Virus record (IMG/VR): IMGVR_UViG_3300037461_000406
Span: 1-33,860 of that record
Direction: 5' to 3' (one strand)
DNA length: 33,860 nucleotides
Source of the DNA: a virus
Taxonomy: Duplodnaviria > Caudoviricetes
Positions 1 through 10,300 of the stretch are shown piece after piece; the stretch's first letter is position 1; each line of letters begins with the position of its first letter. Below the pieces are notes generated by a model that saw nothing but the letters and a program-made list of their open reading frames with translations, was not told where the DNA came from and ran no database searches. The position numbers were made by a program, and so were the translations under genes.

Positions 1-3000
1 CCAGTGAACATCCCGTCCGGGGGCTGCATCCACCCACGCACGAGATCCCGTACTCGTTTGCGTCCGGTGGTTTCGTCGTCGAACTCCAGATCTTTAGGCT
101 TGGCGAGAGTGTTCACGTGCGCCGGGTCACTTTCCATGTCTTTCAGATCGGCAAGCAATCCCGGCGACGCCGCGTTTCCATAAGCATCGGTTTTGCGCAA
201 CGCAACCGTAGGCGCGAAGTATCCGCGGCGCATCCACTCGTAGACGTCGTTGGCGTGGACCACGTTCATTCCGAGGAGTTTAGCCCGCATGTATTTGAAG
301 AAATAGATCAGCCGGGCGAAGATCTCCTCCAACCACGAAGGAGGCGGTTGTTTCTGCCGGTTGCCGAGGTACTCCGCAAATTTGTCGGCCCGAGCCTCAC
401 TGTCGGGATACGCCTTGGTGAATTTGTCGTAGATCGCATCAGGTAACAGCCACTGCTCTACTACGTGCCAGAGCTCGTGATACGTGACCTCTTTGAAGGA
501 TTCCGGAGTCTTGTTCATCCCGAGAGACAAAGAAATGACCGCATGAAGAGGATTTCTCCAGGAAGTCAGTCCCCGCACTCCGATAGCCCCTTCCACGACT
601 CGGCGCTGAACTTCGGCTATACTGGCGTTGAACTGTTTCGCGTAACTCTCCCAGCTATCCGGCCTTACCGTTTGCGGGTCTAATGTGAGCCACGGTTTCA
701 GCACAACGTCGATCCGTTTCATCACGTCCGGAAACTGTGCGAGCCCAGACTCCTCTAACGCCTCCCGCAGATACGAAGCTACCTGATTGCCCCGTCGATA
801 CCCGCGCAGAAATTCCAGCATGGACCGACCCGACGAGGTGTTAATCGCGTCGTGGATCGCAAAGGACATGGACATTCCGCCCTTTGTGATGACCCAGTCC
901 CGACGAGGGATCATTGTCGCCCGGACCCCGGTAAAGGGAGGCACGTTTTTCTTTTCAGCAGACGTCATCCATGTCAGCCGGTCCTCGACGTCAGCCGCTT
1001 CGATCTCACCCAAAACTCTCCAGTACCTGTTGTTCGCGAGATCCCACTGCTTCTCCTCGCTGTATCCGGCGAACTTGGGGTCATGTGCCATTAGCCAGTT
1101 AAACTCGACCTCGGGACTGGACCCTCCGGAAAATCCTTCGATGTTCTGGATCGCGTGCTGGGTCTCGTGGATAATGGTCTCCACGAACGACGCATCTTTG
1201 TTGAATTGCGCACTCCCGACTCCAATCAGATTCTCGTTGGGATCGTAGAACCCTCCCACGCCCGGGAACACTTCGACGGAAACTTCTTTAAGCTGCGGGT
1301 AGATTCTGTAGAGATCAGGATGGTTCAGGATGTCTCCCAGTTTAACGGGGCTTAGAGACCGGCGTATGGGACCGTCCATCTTGACCGTCGCCGCTTTTCT
1401 CCACCCGACGGGACGGTTATTTATCCTCCACACCGCAGAAGAGGTGGACTTAGGATCGAGGACGTGCATTTTGGCGTCATCAATCTCGAATCTCCAGTAG
1501 GAGTCGGCGCCGAGATACCACCCGGTCTGTTTCCACACGTCCCCGGGAGAGGCTCCCTTTTCGGACAGTAAATCTCGCGCAACTCCAAGCTGAGTCTGCT
1601 TTCCTTTGTCCCCAAACGCACCCACGACGCCGCCGAGGAGAGGGGCCTCTTCTAACTTCGGCTCGGCACCAGGCTTTTCTCTTTCGGGTTCGCTAAAGCT
1701 ATCAAGTACACCTCGTCCTTTGCCAGCCGCGTCTCCTTGCTTCCCAGCGCGTGCAGCTTCTGTGCTAGATACGAGGTAGGCGTTGGCTGCCCACTCGTCT
1801 CCTTGTTGGATTGCTCGGGCATAAACGTCGGCTCCTTTCTTCTTCCCAAAGTATTTGAGAATGTGATGTTGATAATCCGTGGAGGTAAGTGCCTCGGGGA
1901 TGGGCTCGCGAGTCAACGCCTCGGACGCCACCGGGGTATTCTCCAGCGTGCCGTCTACCCCGACATGTTTATAAAAATTAACAAGATTGTCTACAAACTC
2001 CCGAGATTCCGCGAGCTCCTGCGGGATAAAGGTCTCAAACCACCACGCGGCCTTGGCCCGTTTGATGTTAAAGTCCTGAATGTGGTTTTTCCGCAGGGCT
2101 TTGTCGATTTTCTTCAAGTCGTCGTCCGCAAACCGGAATCTGAAGAGGTTTCCGTCGGGAGCCCCGGACTCGGACATCAGAAGAACTATGTTCTGCTTTT
2201 TCTGTGCGCCGATTATGTGGCTAAACGCCGCACGGATTGCGGTGATCGGGCCTTTCACGGTCATGGAAAGCCCGTACTCCGGTTCGCCACTGGTACTTGA
2301 CTCCAGACGTGCGAGAGTGGCCGAGTAGCTCTGGATACTAATGGGGTAATTCTTGAGCTCCTTCTCCACGTGATCCAGCAACTTCTTTGCGGGCTCCGCC
2401 GACGCCTCGGCTAGATCGTAAAGGTTGTCAGGCAGTTTCACGATGCCGGAAACCCGATCGCTCAGAGCGACAGTCACGATCTTGGGGTGCTCTTCCACTT
2501 CGGTCTGGTCAAACGTAAAGACCCAGGTGTTCCCATTCTCGGAAAGCGAGTATCCTTTGAAATCCCCGGACCGTTTGATCAGCCCGGCTAATGCGTTAGT
2601 ATAGACCTGAGACGCAGTCCGCTGCCCCTTCTTCACTAAAGAGTCGTTTTGCGCCCGTTGCCACGCGAGCTCTCGATACCCGAGGACATCCTTGTCGGCG
2701 TCGTAGATCTCGTTTTCGTACACCATGATCAGGTGCGGTTCGGCGCTCCAGAAGTAGGATTCCCTTCGAACGCCTGGGCCGTACCAGTAACTCAACGACA
2801 CGTAATCATTGTCCGGAGTGGCCGCGTCCATGCGCGCCTGAACATCCCCCTTGGACCAGGGGTTAGGCGCGACCCCCTCTTTCTTGTGCTGGAGCTCCAG
2901 CAGTTCATCAGCTTCCTCTCCCGTGAGGCCGGAGGTCCCGAGCGTGCTGAACGTCCTGGACTTTTCCTGAAGATCGCCGAGGCGCTGGAGTTCCTTGTTC

Positions 3001-4358
3001 GTAAGTTTCTTAGGGGGCCGGGCACCGCGCACGGTAAAGTACAGTTGCCCGTGAAACGAAACGATAGCCTGGGGCTCCAGAGAGATCAGGCTCACCATGT
3101 TATAAGACAGGGATTTCTTAGGCGCGATCTGAATAGACTCGTCGAAGTGGGTGGCTGACCCCCAGTGCCCGGCGCCCGTCGCGTACCACAAAGCCGCCTG
3201 GACTGCCGGAACGGGCATGTCCCACCGCTGCGCCGCGTCCACTATGTCCTCGGTGACTTCAGCTTGGAGATGCTTGGGCACCCGAAAGACGTTGCCCCAC
3301 ATGACATTGTGGCCCCAAAGCCGGGCTATGTGCCGGTCCACCACGACCGCGCCTTCCTTGGTCTTGGGATGGAGCCCCGCAAACACCATGGCCCCGATCT
3401 TCTTGCCGTACATGTCCTGGTACTCGGCCAGGTTAAGGTGGGTGAGATCCTCTTCCCAGATCCTATTTACCTTGGCCGCGATATTCTTGGTGGTGCCCTT
3501 GCCTTCGCCGCCCTCTATGGACCCGAACTCCTCCAGCCCGTTCATGACTTTCCCGAACGCAGTCTGCGCGCCCTGCGGAGATGCTCCAGCCGATAACACA
3601 GCCTGGATCATGAGCATCTTGTCTTTCTGGGGCTGGGTGTACTGCTTTCCTTCAAACCGAGTCATGTAGTCGTTCCAGTTACTATACCACTCGGTCTCTT
3701 TCTTGAACTCGTTAACCAGCTTGTCGATCAGCTTGACCCGGTCCTGTTTCTTCTTGGGAAGGATCGGAGTGTTCAGGACTTTGAATTCTTTCCCTGCTAT
3801 CTTTCGCCAATACTCCGTGATGGTTTCTTTGCCCTGCAAGAGATCTTTGGTCTTGGTGGTTCTCTCGTCACTGGCCTTCGCGAGCCCGTAGATCAAACCG
3901 CCTTTGTCCTCGGTAATGGAAACGATATAGTTGCTGCCCGCGGGAAATGGCCCGGGTCCCGTCCGCACCCCGGCTTTGCGCAATGCCTCTTCTGCCTCGG
4001 GAGTGAGCAAGCCGGCCTTGACCTTTTCTCCGGTCTCTTCGTCCACGATCTCTTCCGTTGACGTCGTGACCCACTGAGGCACCCGGCGCTCGGCTTTCTT
4101 TTTCTCCTTGAACATCTGGAGCTGCTCAGTCTCTCGTCCTACTTTAGCAAGTGACGCGGCCCCCTTCTGCATTTCGCCCAAAACGCTCTGACGATCCTTT
4201 TCCAGTTGGCCGATCAGATCCTCCAGCACTGATGCACCCGCGGCCTCTGGAGACGCACCTTTCTTCTCCGCTGCCTTTACTAACCCCAGAAGATTACGCA
4301 CTTCCACTTTAGAGAGCGGTCGCCCGTGTTTCAGAATGCACTGTTTTAGACTAGGCAT
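1..4358 (-). CDS. Giant polyvalent / internal virion protein, 3'-truncated by the window (>=1452 aa)
   Basis: Translated by hand from ATG 4358, which overlaps the upstream stop (TAATG): MPSLKQCILKHGRPLSKVEVRNLL...; I found no stop before position 1, which explains its absence from the ORF track. Motifs: VVVDRHIARLWG (~3313-3350) and AVQAALWY (~3183-3207), HhH-GPD glycosylase-like; VWKQTGWYLGADSYWRFEIDD (~1475-1540), LPD23-like; IIHETQHAIQNIEGF (HExxH at 1155-1169) followed by GEIEA; second HExxH YHELWH (465-479). Confidence 0.85.
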   Translation of the reverse strand, partial: MPSLKQCILKHGRPLSKVEVRNLLGLVKAAEKKGASPEAAGASVLEDLIGQLEKDRQSVLGEMQKGAASLAKVGRETEQLQMFKEKKKAERRVPQWVTTSTEEIVDEETGEKVKAGLLTPEAEEALRKAGVRTGPGPFPAGSNYIVSITEDKGGLIYGLAKASDERTTKTKDLLQGKETITEYWRKIAGKEFKVLNTPILPKKKQDRVKLIDKLVNEFKKETEWYSNWNDYMTRFEGKQYTQPQKDKMLMIQAVLSAGASPQGAQTAFGKVMNGLEEFGSIEGGEGKGTTKNIAAKVNRIWEEDLTHLNLAEYQDMYGKKIGAMVFAGLHPKTKEGAVVVDRHIARLWGHNVMWGNVFRVPKHLQAEVTEDIVDAAQRWDMPVPAVQAALWYATGAGHWGSATHFDESIQIAPKKSLSYNMVSLISLEPQAIVSFHGQLYFTVRGARPPKKLTNKELQRLGDLQEKSRTFSTLGTSGLTGEEADELLELQHKKEGVAPNPWSKGDVQARMDAATPDNDYVSLSYWYGPGVRRESYFWSAEPHLIMVYENEIYDADKDVLGYRELAWQRAQNDSLVKKGQRTASQVYTNALAGLIKRSGDFKGYSLSENGNTWVFTFDQTEVEEHPKIVTVALSDRVSGIVKLPDNLYDLAEASAEPAKKLLDHVEKELKNYPISIQSYSATLARLESSTSGEPEYGLSMTVKGPITAIRAAFSHIIGAQKKQNIVLLMSESGAPDGNLFRFRFADDDLKKIDKALRKNHIQDFNIKRAKAAWWFETFIPQELAESREFVDNLVNFYKHVGVDGTLENTPVASEALTREPIPEALTSTDYQHHILKYFGKKKGADVYARAIQQGDEWAANAYLVSSTEAARAGKQGDAAGKGRGVLDSFSEPEREKPGAEPKLEEAPLLGGVVGAFGDKGKQTQLGVARDLLSEKGASPGDVWKQTGWYLGADSYWRFEIDDAKMHVLDPKSTSSAVWRINNRPVGWRKAATVKMDGPIRRSLSPVKLGDILNHPDLYRIYPQLKEVSVEVFPGVGGFYDPNENLIGVGSAQFNKDASFVETIIHETQHAIQNIEGFSGGSSPEVEFNWLMAHDPKFAGYSEEKQWDLANNRYWRVLGEIEAADVEDRLTWMTSAEKKNVPPFTGVRATMIPRRDWVITKGGMSMSFAIHDAINTSSGRSMLEFLRGYRRGNQVASYLREALEESGLAQFPDVMKRIDVVLKPWLTLDPQTVRPDSWESYAKQFNASIAEVQRRVVEGAIGVRGLTSWRNPLHAVISLSLGMNKTPESFKEVTYHELWHVVEQWLLPDAIYDKFTKAYPDSEARADKFAEYLGNRQKQPPPSWLEEIFARLIYFFKYMRAKLLGMNVVHANDVYEWMRRGYFAPTVALRKTDAYGNAASPGLLADLKDMESDPAHVNTLAKPKDLEFDDETTGRKRVRDLVRGWMQPPDGMFT

Positions 4359-4609
4359 TAGTAAAGAGTCTCCCTGTTAACGATGGTCATTATGATTCGT
4401 AGCAGATCGTCGTCCTCTTTCAATATGAGTCTCCTTCGCGCCTCGCGCAGTTGCTCCTCATAATCAGGCTCTACGCGCCGGCGTCCAGGAGGTCTTCCGC
4501 CCGCCCATTCCGGGCCACCCGCGAGGATCAGAGACCCGGGAAGCCCGTACTTCGGCCAGGCAAAAACCGGAAGACTGTTCTCGGGTATGCTGAATACGTA
4601 GGTTCGCAT
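4358..4609 (-). CDS. Small hypothetical protein (83 aa)
   Basis: TAATG coupling at both ends; C-terminus 'RRRLILKEDDDLLRII'. Confidence 0.7.
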   Translation of the reverse strand: MRTYVFSIPENSLPVFAWPKYGLPGSLILAGGPEWAGGRPPGRRRVEPDYEEQLREARRRLILKEDDDLLRIIMTIVNRETLY

Positions 4610-5139
4610 TAGGGAATGTCACTGTAATCCTGAGCAATGGTCGAACGGTTGCCGTTAGAGTCAACGGTCATGACTATTCGGTCCACACTATCGGCGTCGT
4701 TGCGGAACGTGATCGCGGTGGTGCCGCCGCCCGTAGCCTCCCCCTTCACGAACGCAAAAATTGCCGAGAGCAGATGCTTTGCCTTTTTGGAATTCTCAAT
4801 CACAACTTCCCAGACGGCGGTGGCAATGTCGGAAGAAGTCACCGCAACAGCCACTGTGTAAATCACGACAGGCCGAAGCTGAATGTTACTTGTGGCGCTG
4901 ACGGCGCTTAGGATCACCAGGTCCGCATTGGTCTCGGCTTGTGTCAGGTCAAAGATATAAATACCCGGGGCATCGGTAGCGTCCAGCTCGGTCGGGTTCA
5001 CGTCGTTCGTGGCTGCGGTCGCCCCGCCGTCTTTGCTTATTTGGTCGGTGATGTTCGCAGCGTCTCCGGTTTTCGCGGCGCCTGTTCCGGCGTTCCAGGC
5101 AAACACAGCTACTTTTTGACTTGCTACGTTCTTAAACAT
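4609..5139 (-). CDS. Putative virion structural / fibre-associated protein (176 aa)
   Basis: Ala/Thr/Gly-rich, beta-strand-like ('TELDATDAPGIYIFDLTQAETNAD', 'TITFRN/VDSNGNRS'-type repeats); GGAGG RBS; coupled to neighbours. Confidence 0.6.
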   Translation of the reverse strand: MFKNVASQKVAVFAWNAGTGAAKTGDAANITDQISKDGGATAATNDVNPTELDATDAPGIYIFDLTQAETNADLVILSAVSATSNIQLRPVVIYTVAVAVTSSDIATAVWEVVIENSKKAKHLLSAIFAFVKGEATGGGTTAITFRNDADSVDRIVMTVDSNGNRSTIAQDYSDIP

Positions 5140-6628
5140 TGTGCCTCCAGGCGTCTTCCGGATAGTCTAAAGGTTGCAACTCCAAATGCCACACAATCGG
5201 GCCGTCCAGAGTTATATTGTCTAATATCAATGTCTCGTATCCAGCAAGAGATACAGTTATTTTGTGTGGAGAAAACTCATAAATCGTGTTGCCTCCAACC
5301 TCGTCATAGTAACCCCTACTGACTATTTGTTGCGTAATAGTCCCATCCGCCGCTGTTGTCGTGCTGAATCCATGTAATGTCTCGGCAACACTTGTTGAGC
5401 TACCATCCTTATTTTCCATTAACACAGTAGCTCCTGCAAGATTAGTCCCATTTTTATCTGCGATGTGAATGTCAATAGTGTAACGCCTATAAACCTTATG
5501 GTTATTGCCTGTACTAAGCCAGGTGAATGTCCATGCATCTACTATGGCATTGATGTATCCATTCCAGTAATTATTAAAGCGGCTGATAGCGAATGACGAT
5601 ATCAAAGGTCCATAACCATACAAATTCCTCGCATTCACTTGGTTAACATTGTAAAAATATGACGAATAAGTACAACCTACAGCCGTCATTCTATCAAAGG
5701 TTCCCGCTGACCCTGGAGATCGTAGGCCATAAGTCTGTGAGATGAACTTCAGGTCATAAAAATTTCCGTTATTGGGAGCATTCAAACTTATTTTACCGGA
5801 AAACGTACAATGCCATACTCTTGAGGAAGCATTACATGAACCAAGGGATACATTGCAATCCTTTCCTGCGTCGCCGGAAATGTCAGTAAACGAAATTCCA
5901 TACAGATATATTGTCCCTGTTCCGTCAATTAGATCCCCTGCATAGCTTTCGCTGGCGTATACGCATACCGCGCTAACATCACGAACGGTTTTGTATGTTT
6001 CATTTCGCAACCTTCCAAGAGTAAACACCGCTGCAGTTTTTACTGAAATGATGTCAACACTCGCGGCAGTAACCCAAGTGTTGTCTACAATCAGTAGATT
6101 GAATGTTGATGTGAAATAAGTTGATGTACTTCCATCTCCTACATTCAATATGCAATTCAGCCTATAGCTGGCTGCCCCTAGATCCCAAATCACTCCCCAA
6201 ATATCCTGAGTGACCGCAAGTGTACCATCTGCCCACACCGTTCCCGTACCATCAGCCGCATCAGAGCAGGAGATATTACTTATCGTTCTCCAACGCTTAG
6301 TGCTAGTGTAGGTTCCGTTCCCAGCACTAACATCAATGCTCTCCGTTTGTGCTACATCCCAGGCATCCGTTCCGGTAATGTAGAGATAGTCTGCTTCAGC
6401 CGTTTTCGCAGCAACGATGAACTTCACTACAATTGCTCGAAGCTCTACCGGCCTTACTGCATACGTCAAGGTAAACGTCTTACTGGGAGCACTAGCCGCT
6501 TTGAGTGATGTGCCAGTACCGGCCCTATCAGCGGTGACAAATGAGGCGAAGTCGGCAGGACTACCGGACGTTCCACCGGTGACGGCAACCGTATTGGTAG
6601 AAACTGTGTATGTGAAAGTCCCTGGCAA
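5132..6628 (-). CDS. Putative tail spike / fibre (beta-rich, beta-helix-like middle, Ig-like C-terminus; 498 aa)
   Basis: Thr/Ser/Gly/Asn-rich beta composition; C-terminal 'KNGTNLAGATV...TTAADGTI...KITVSLAGYET' resembles a carboxypeptidase-regulatory/Ig-like domain; TTG start directly after the upstream TAA; visibly lower GC than the flanks. Confidence 0.6.
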   Translation of the reverse strand: MPGTFTYTVSTNTVAVTGGTSGSPADFASFVTADRAGTGTSLKAASAPSKTFTLTYAVRPVELRAIVVKFIVAAKTAEADYLYITGTDAWDVAQTESIDVSAGNGTYTSTKRWRTISNISCSDAADGTGTVWADGTLAVTQDIWGVIWDLGAASYRLNCILNVGDGSTSTYFTSTFNLLIVDNTWVTAASVDIISVKTAAVFTLGRLRNETYKTVRDVSAVCVYASESYAGDLIDGTGTIYLYGISFTDISGDAGKDCNVSLGSCNASSRVWHCTFSGKISLNAPNNGNFYDLKFISQTYGLRSPGSAGTFDRMTAVGCTYSSYFYNVNQVNARNLYGYGPLISSFAISRFNNYWNGYINAIVDAWTFTWLSTGNNHKVYRRYTIDIHIADKNGTNLAGATVLMENKDGSSTSVAETLHGFSTTTAADGTITQQIVSRGYYDEVGGNTIYEFSPHKITVSLAGYETLILDNITLDGPIVWHLELQPLDYPEDAWRHNV

Positions 6629-6898
6629 TTACGGCCTCCAGTTCAACGCTTCCATAAATCCCGCGTCTGCTTTAAGGGTATCTCTTACAGTATCCAACGC
6701 TATCCAAGCCGCGGTAAATTCCGCCTTCACAGTTGCTGGAAGCTGATTGAATTTTCCCGCAGCGTTCATCGCCGCTAATTCGTCCAACGACCGATCAATC
6801 TCTCCCATGATCCTCTGAAACTCAGCCTTGGCTTCGTTGCTGTCGTCATACGCTGTTTTTGCCGTCCACCAGGCATCTAAATCAGTTGTAATACTCAT
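6629..6898 (-). CDS. Hypothetical helical protein (89 aa), possible fibre partner
   Basis: AAGGGAG RBS; abuts the fibre gene. Confidence 0.7.
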   Translation of the reverse strand: MSITTDLDAWWTAKTAYDDSNEAKAEFQRIMGEIDRSLDELAAMNAAGKFNQLPATVKAEFTAAWIALDTVRDTLKADAGFMEALNWRP

Positions 6899-6911
6899 TG
6901 TCGTGCTCCCT

Positions 6912-7388
6912 TTAGTTTTGCTTAATCGCTTTGATTTCTTTTATGTACCCGTTCTCGTTCCGGATGACTTCAAAATCCCACTTAGAGGGCGGTTTCTCCG
7001 GAACGTGAAGTAACTCTTGAAGATTATTCAACAGAGAGGTGATCTGTTTCAACGCCTGATCCACCCCGGATCGTGACGTTTTCAGGTACGCCATGACTTC
7101 GTTTGACACCCCTATGAGATCCATCTGGACTTTTTGAGATCCCTTGGTGTGGTCCGCCCGAAACTCGGCAATAACGTCGCGAAGTCTCTGAAGAAGTGCT
7201 TCGACGTTTTTCTGGTAAGTGTCAAGAATCCCCGTGATTTTCTCCGTCTCGGCCTCCAGGATCTTTCGTTCCCGGTCTTCCGGAGAATCGGGCAGGGCGT
7301 AGAGTTTCAGTTTAGACCCTTGGGAGTCCTCAACGTCCAGGTCTTCTTCCAGGAGTTCCGCCAGTTCTTTCTCACTTAGCATTTTCAT
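6912..7388 (-). CDS. Hypothetical coiled-coil protein
   Basis: Start moved to ATG 7388 (ATGA overlap with the upstream stop); C-terminal 'KWDFEVIRNENGYIKEIKA' beta-hairpin motif. Confidence 0.7.
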   Translation of the reverse strand: MKMLSEKELAELLEEDLDVEDSQGSKLKLYALPDSPEDRERKILEAETEKITGILDTYQKNVEALLQRLRDVIAEFRADHTKGSQKVQMDLIGVSNEVMAYLKTSRSGVDQALKQITSLLNNLQELLHVPEKPPSKWDFEVIRNENGYIKEIKAIKQN

Positions 7389-10300
7389 GATGTCAAGCAC
7401 TCCAGTATGGATCGGTATACGTTCAATTTAGACTCAATATCTTGTAGTGCCCGTTGTGCCGGCATTTTCACTACGATCTTTTTCCCTTTGTCCGTCACGG
7501 CGGGAACGCTAACGAGGGTTTTTTCCACGCGCCCCCGTTCCACTGTAGGCTGTTTGGTGTATGGCGTGGTGTCAAGCTGTTTCTCCGCAAACTTCGTCAC
7601 GGCGTCAGCAAAACTTTTATGCAGCTTCGGGTTTTTGAGATAGCTCCGTTCGACCACGTTCTCGTTGAGGTCGAGATCCTCCCGGGCCTCCACCATCCCG
7701 GCAATCTCAGTGCCTTTGTAAGCCGCGAGATTGTAGATGTTCACGTGGGAAATAGCGTCATCGTTTTTGCGGAGAAACGCCAGGGTGTTCAAATAGGTCT
7801 GCTTGGTTTCCCCCGGGAGGCCTACCATAATGTTCGGCACGAACGCGATCTTGTTAGCCCGGAGTTTCTCGACTGCGGCGTCTATGGTCTTTGTCCGAGC
7901 AGGTTTGTGAATCTTAGCCAGGATCTCGTCGTTGTAGGACTCGACGCCCAACTCCACGAACTTAATGTTGGCGCTTTGAAGAAACTCGTCATCGAACTTC
8001 AGTAATTGTGGAGCCGTAGTTTGCACCACGAACCCTTGAAACTCCGGGTTGAACTCTTTAATCTTGGTGAACAGATCTTTCACAAGACCGTAGTTTTCCG
8101 CCTGACCGAACGTCTTATCATCTAAGTAAACGAGGGAGAATTTGAGCCCTTTCATACCCTCAAGCTGGGCATCAATGCTTTCCGCGGACTCGGGTTTGAC
8201 CCCTTTCGGGACCGTGCAGAACGCGCATTTGTGCAAGCACCCTTTGGAAAGGCACAGTCGCGGGATCGTGGGAGTGCCCTGAAAATGCCTGGTATCGACT
8301 CCCGGGACTGGAGTGCGTCCTAGCGATTCATACGCGGACTCCAGAGAATCGTGAAACTCCACGTTCGGCGCGTCCTTGAAGTAGGACTTGTCAACGTACC
8401 CTCCGACGATGACTCTAACACTCGGGCCTACCTCGCTGGCGATCTGTTTAATGACCTGCTTGTTCACGTCCATCGCCGAGAACATGATCGCGTCGTACCC
8501 GGACTCTTTTATTTCTTTAGCCGCCGATACCGGGTTTCGAACAACCATCACATCGGAATCGGGAAGATTCTTGGCCGCGTTGGTGATCCATCCCGGGACT
8601 TCCCAGAAATCTTCCGGGCGCACATAGCCGGCGCGCCGTTGATACAGCTTGTCAAAGTATCTCTCACCGAACTCCTCGGTCTCTTCGGGACGCGCAACGG
8701 ACGGCGCGATCTGGACCAGGAGCTGTTTGCCTTCCTTTCCTTTAGGCTGGACGAGAATGTTCTGGAAGGGTTTGGCCTCCTGGGATACATCGCCGTAGGA
8801 CTTAGCCACCGCGGGCTTGGCTTGCTGCTCTTCAAAAGTCTTTCGGGTAGGAGCAGCCACAGGAATCTCCGGGACCGAAGGTTTGGCGGCCACGGCTTCC
8901 GGTGCTTCCTCCGCAGGTTTCTCTACAAGTCCGGAAAATCTGTCCGGCTGTTCATACGCCTCGATCGCCCGGGCATACTTGGCAGCCTCTTTAATGGCAG
9001 CCGCGGCCTCTTTGTTCTTGCTCGTCTGGTTGAAGAAATCCGCCTCGTCCAGCTTCTCTTGCCGGAGTTCCCGCCACTGCTCGGCCTGTTCCTCAGTGCC
9101 CTCTAGTCCGGCAGTCTGGGCCTCCTGCATACTCGCGAACACAGGTTCGGGCTCGATCTCTTCGAGCTCTTCCTCGGCGGGCGGTTTCGGGGAGGGCGGC
9201 ATCCCGGCCTCTTCGCCCGGGACAGCCCCCATTTCTTTTGGAGTGGTCTCGACGGGTTTGGGGAGAAACTCCTCCTCCAATTCTTCCAGAACAATCTGTT
9301 CAATAGGCTTTCCAGTCTCCAGGTTCTCCTTGATCGCCCCTGCCCGAACCCCCAGTCGTTTCTCGAAGTCCGAGATAAGTTTGTCCTTTTGCTTCTCGTC
9401 TTTGCGAAGAACGAATTCCTGGAGTGCTTTTCCGCCGCCCACCGTAGCCCCGGTCAGCATCGCGCCACTGGCCGCGCCAATCCCGCCAGCTTTAAGGGCC
9501 TCAAGAGTCTGCTTGTCGAAAGTCTTGAAGATGTAATCGGCTACGTCCTTGGGGGACATGGTAGGATTAGCCGCATAGTAAAGCCCCGCGACCTCGAAGT
9601 ATTGCTGGAGAAACTCTTCAGTTCCTTCCGCTATGGCGCTCTGGACCATCGCTTCCCCGAGTTCTATGGCCTCTTTCTTGACGGGGTTCTTGGCAAACCC
9701 CAGGGCGGACTTCATAGCGCCTATCTGCACTAAGTTTCCTGCGAACTCTAGAGGGGTAGTGGTCAAAGCAATAAACATTGCCGCTTCACGCGCCCGGTCT
9801 TCTTTGACGCCCTGTTTCTCAAGATCCTCCATAGCATTGCCGTAGGCGGTCATGAAGGTCAGGGCAAGTCCTGCGCCCCCGGACAACGCGCTCACAGCCA
9901 TAGGCGCGAGAAATCCGGCGGGAGCCGTAAGAATCTGCTCGGCAATGCTCGGTTTTCGTTTGAGGACTTCAGGGAAGAAATCGTTCACTACCCGCACGTT
10001 CTCCCGGATTTCCGGCTCGGCGGCGAGAAGGGAAGCCCGGACTTCGGGATCCTCAACCGGGGACGGAGGCGTGACTGCCCCCACTCCACCCTCGGCTACT
10101 TGCCGACGCATTCTTTCGGCAGGAGTCTCTTCGGGTTTGGCTAAAGGCGCGAGATAGAGAAGATCGTTCCACGTTTTGTGTATCTGCGGGATTGATCGAG
10201 TTGCCATGCGCCCGAACTGTTCAAACGATTTGGCGCCAAACGGGTCCTCCCCAGTTTCCCCGCCGCCAAAAATCATTGACAGAGCCCCGGGTATTTGCTG

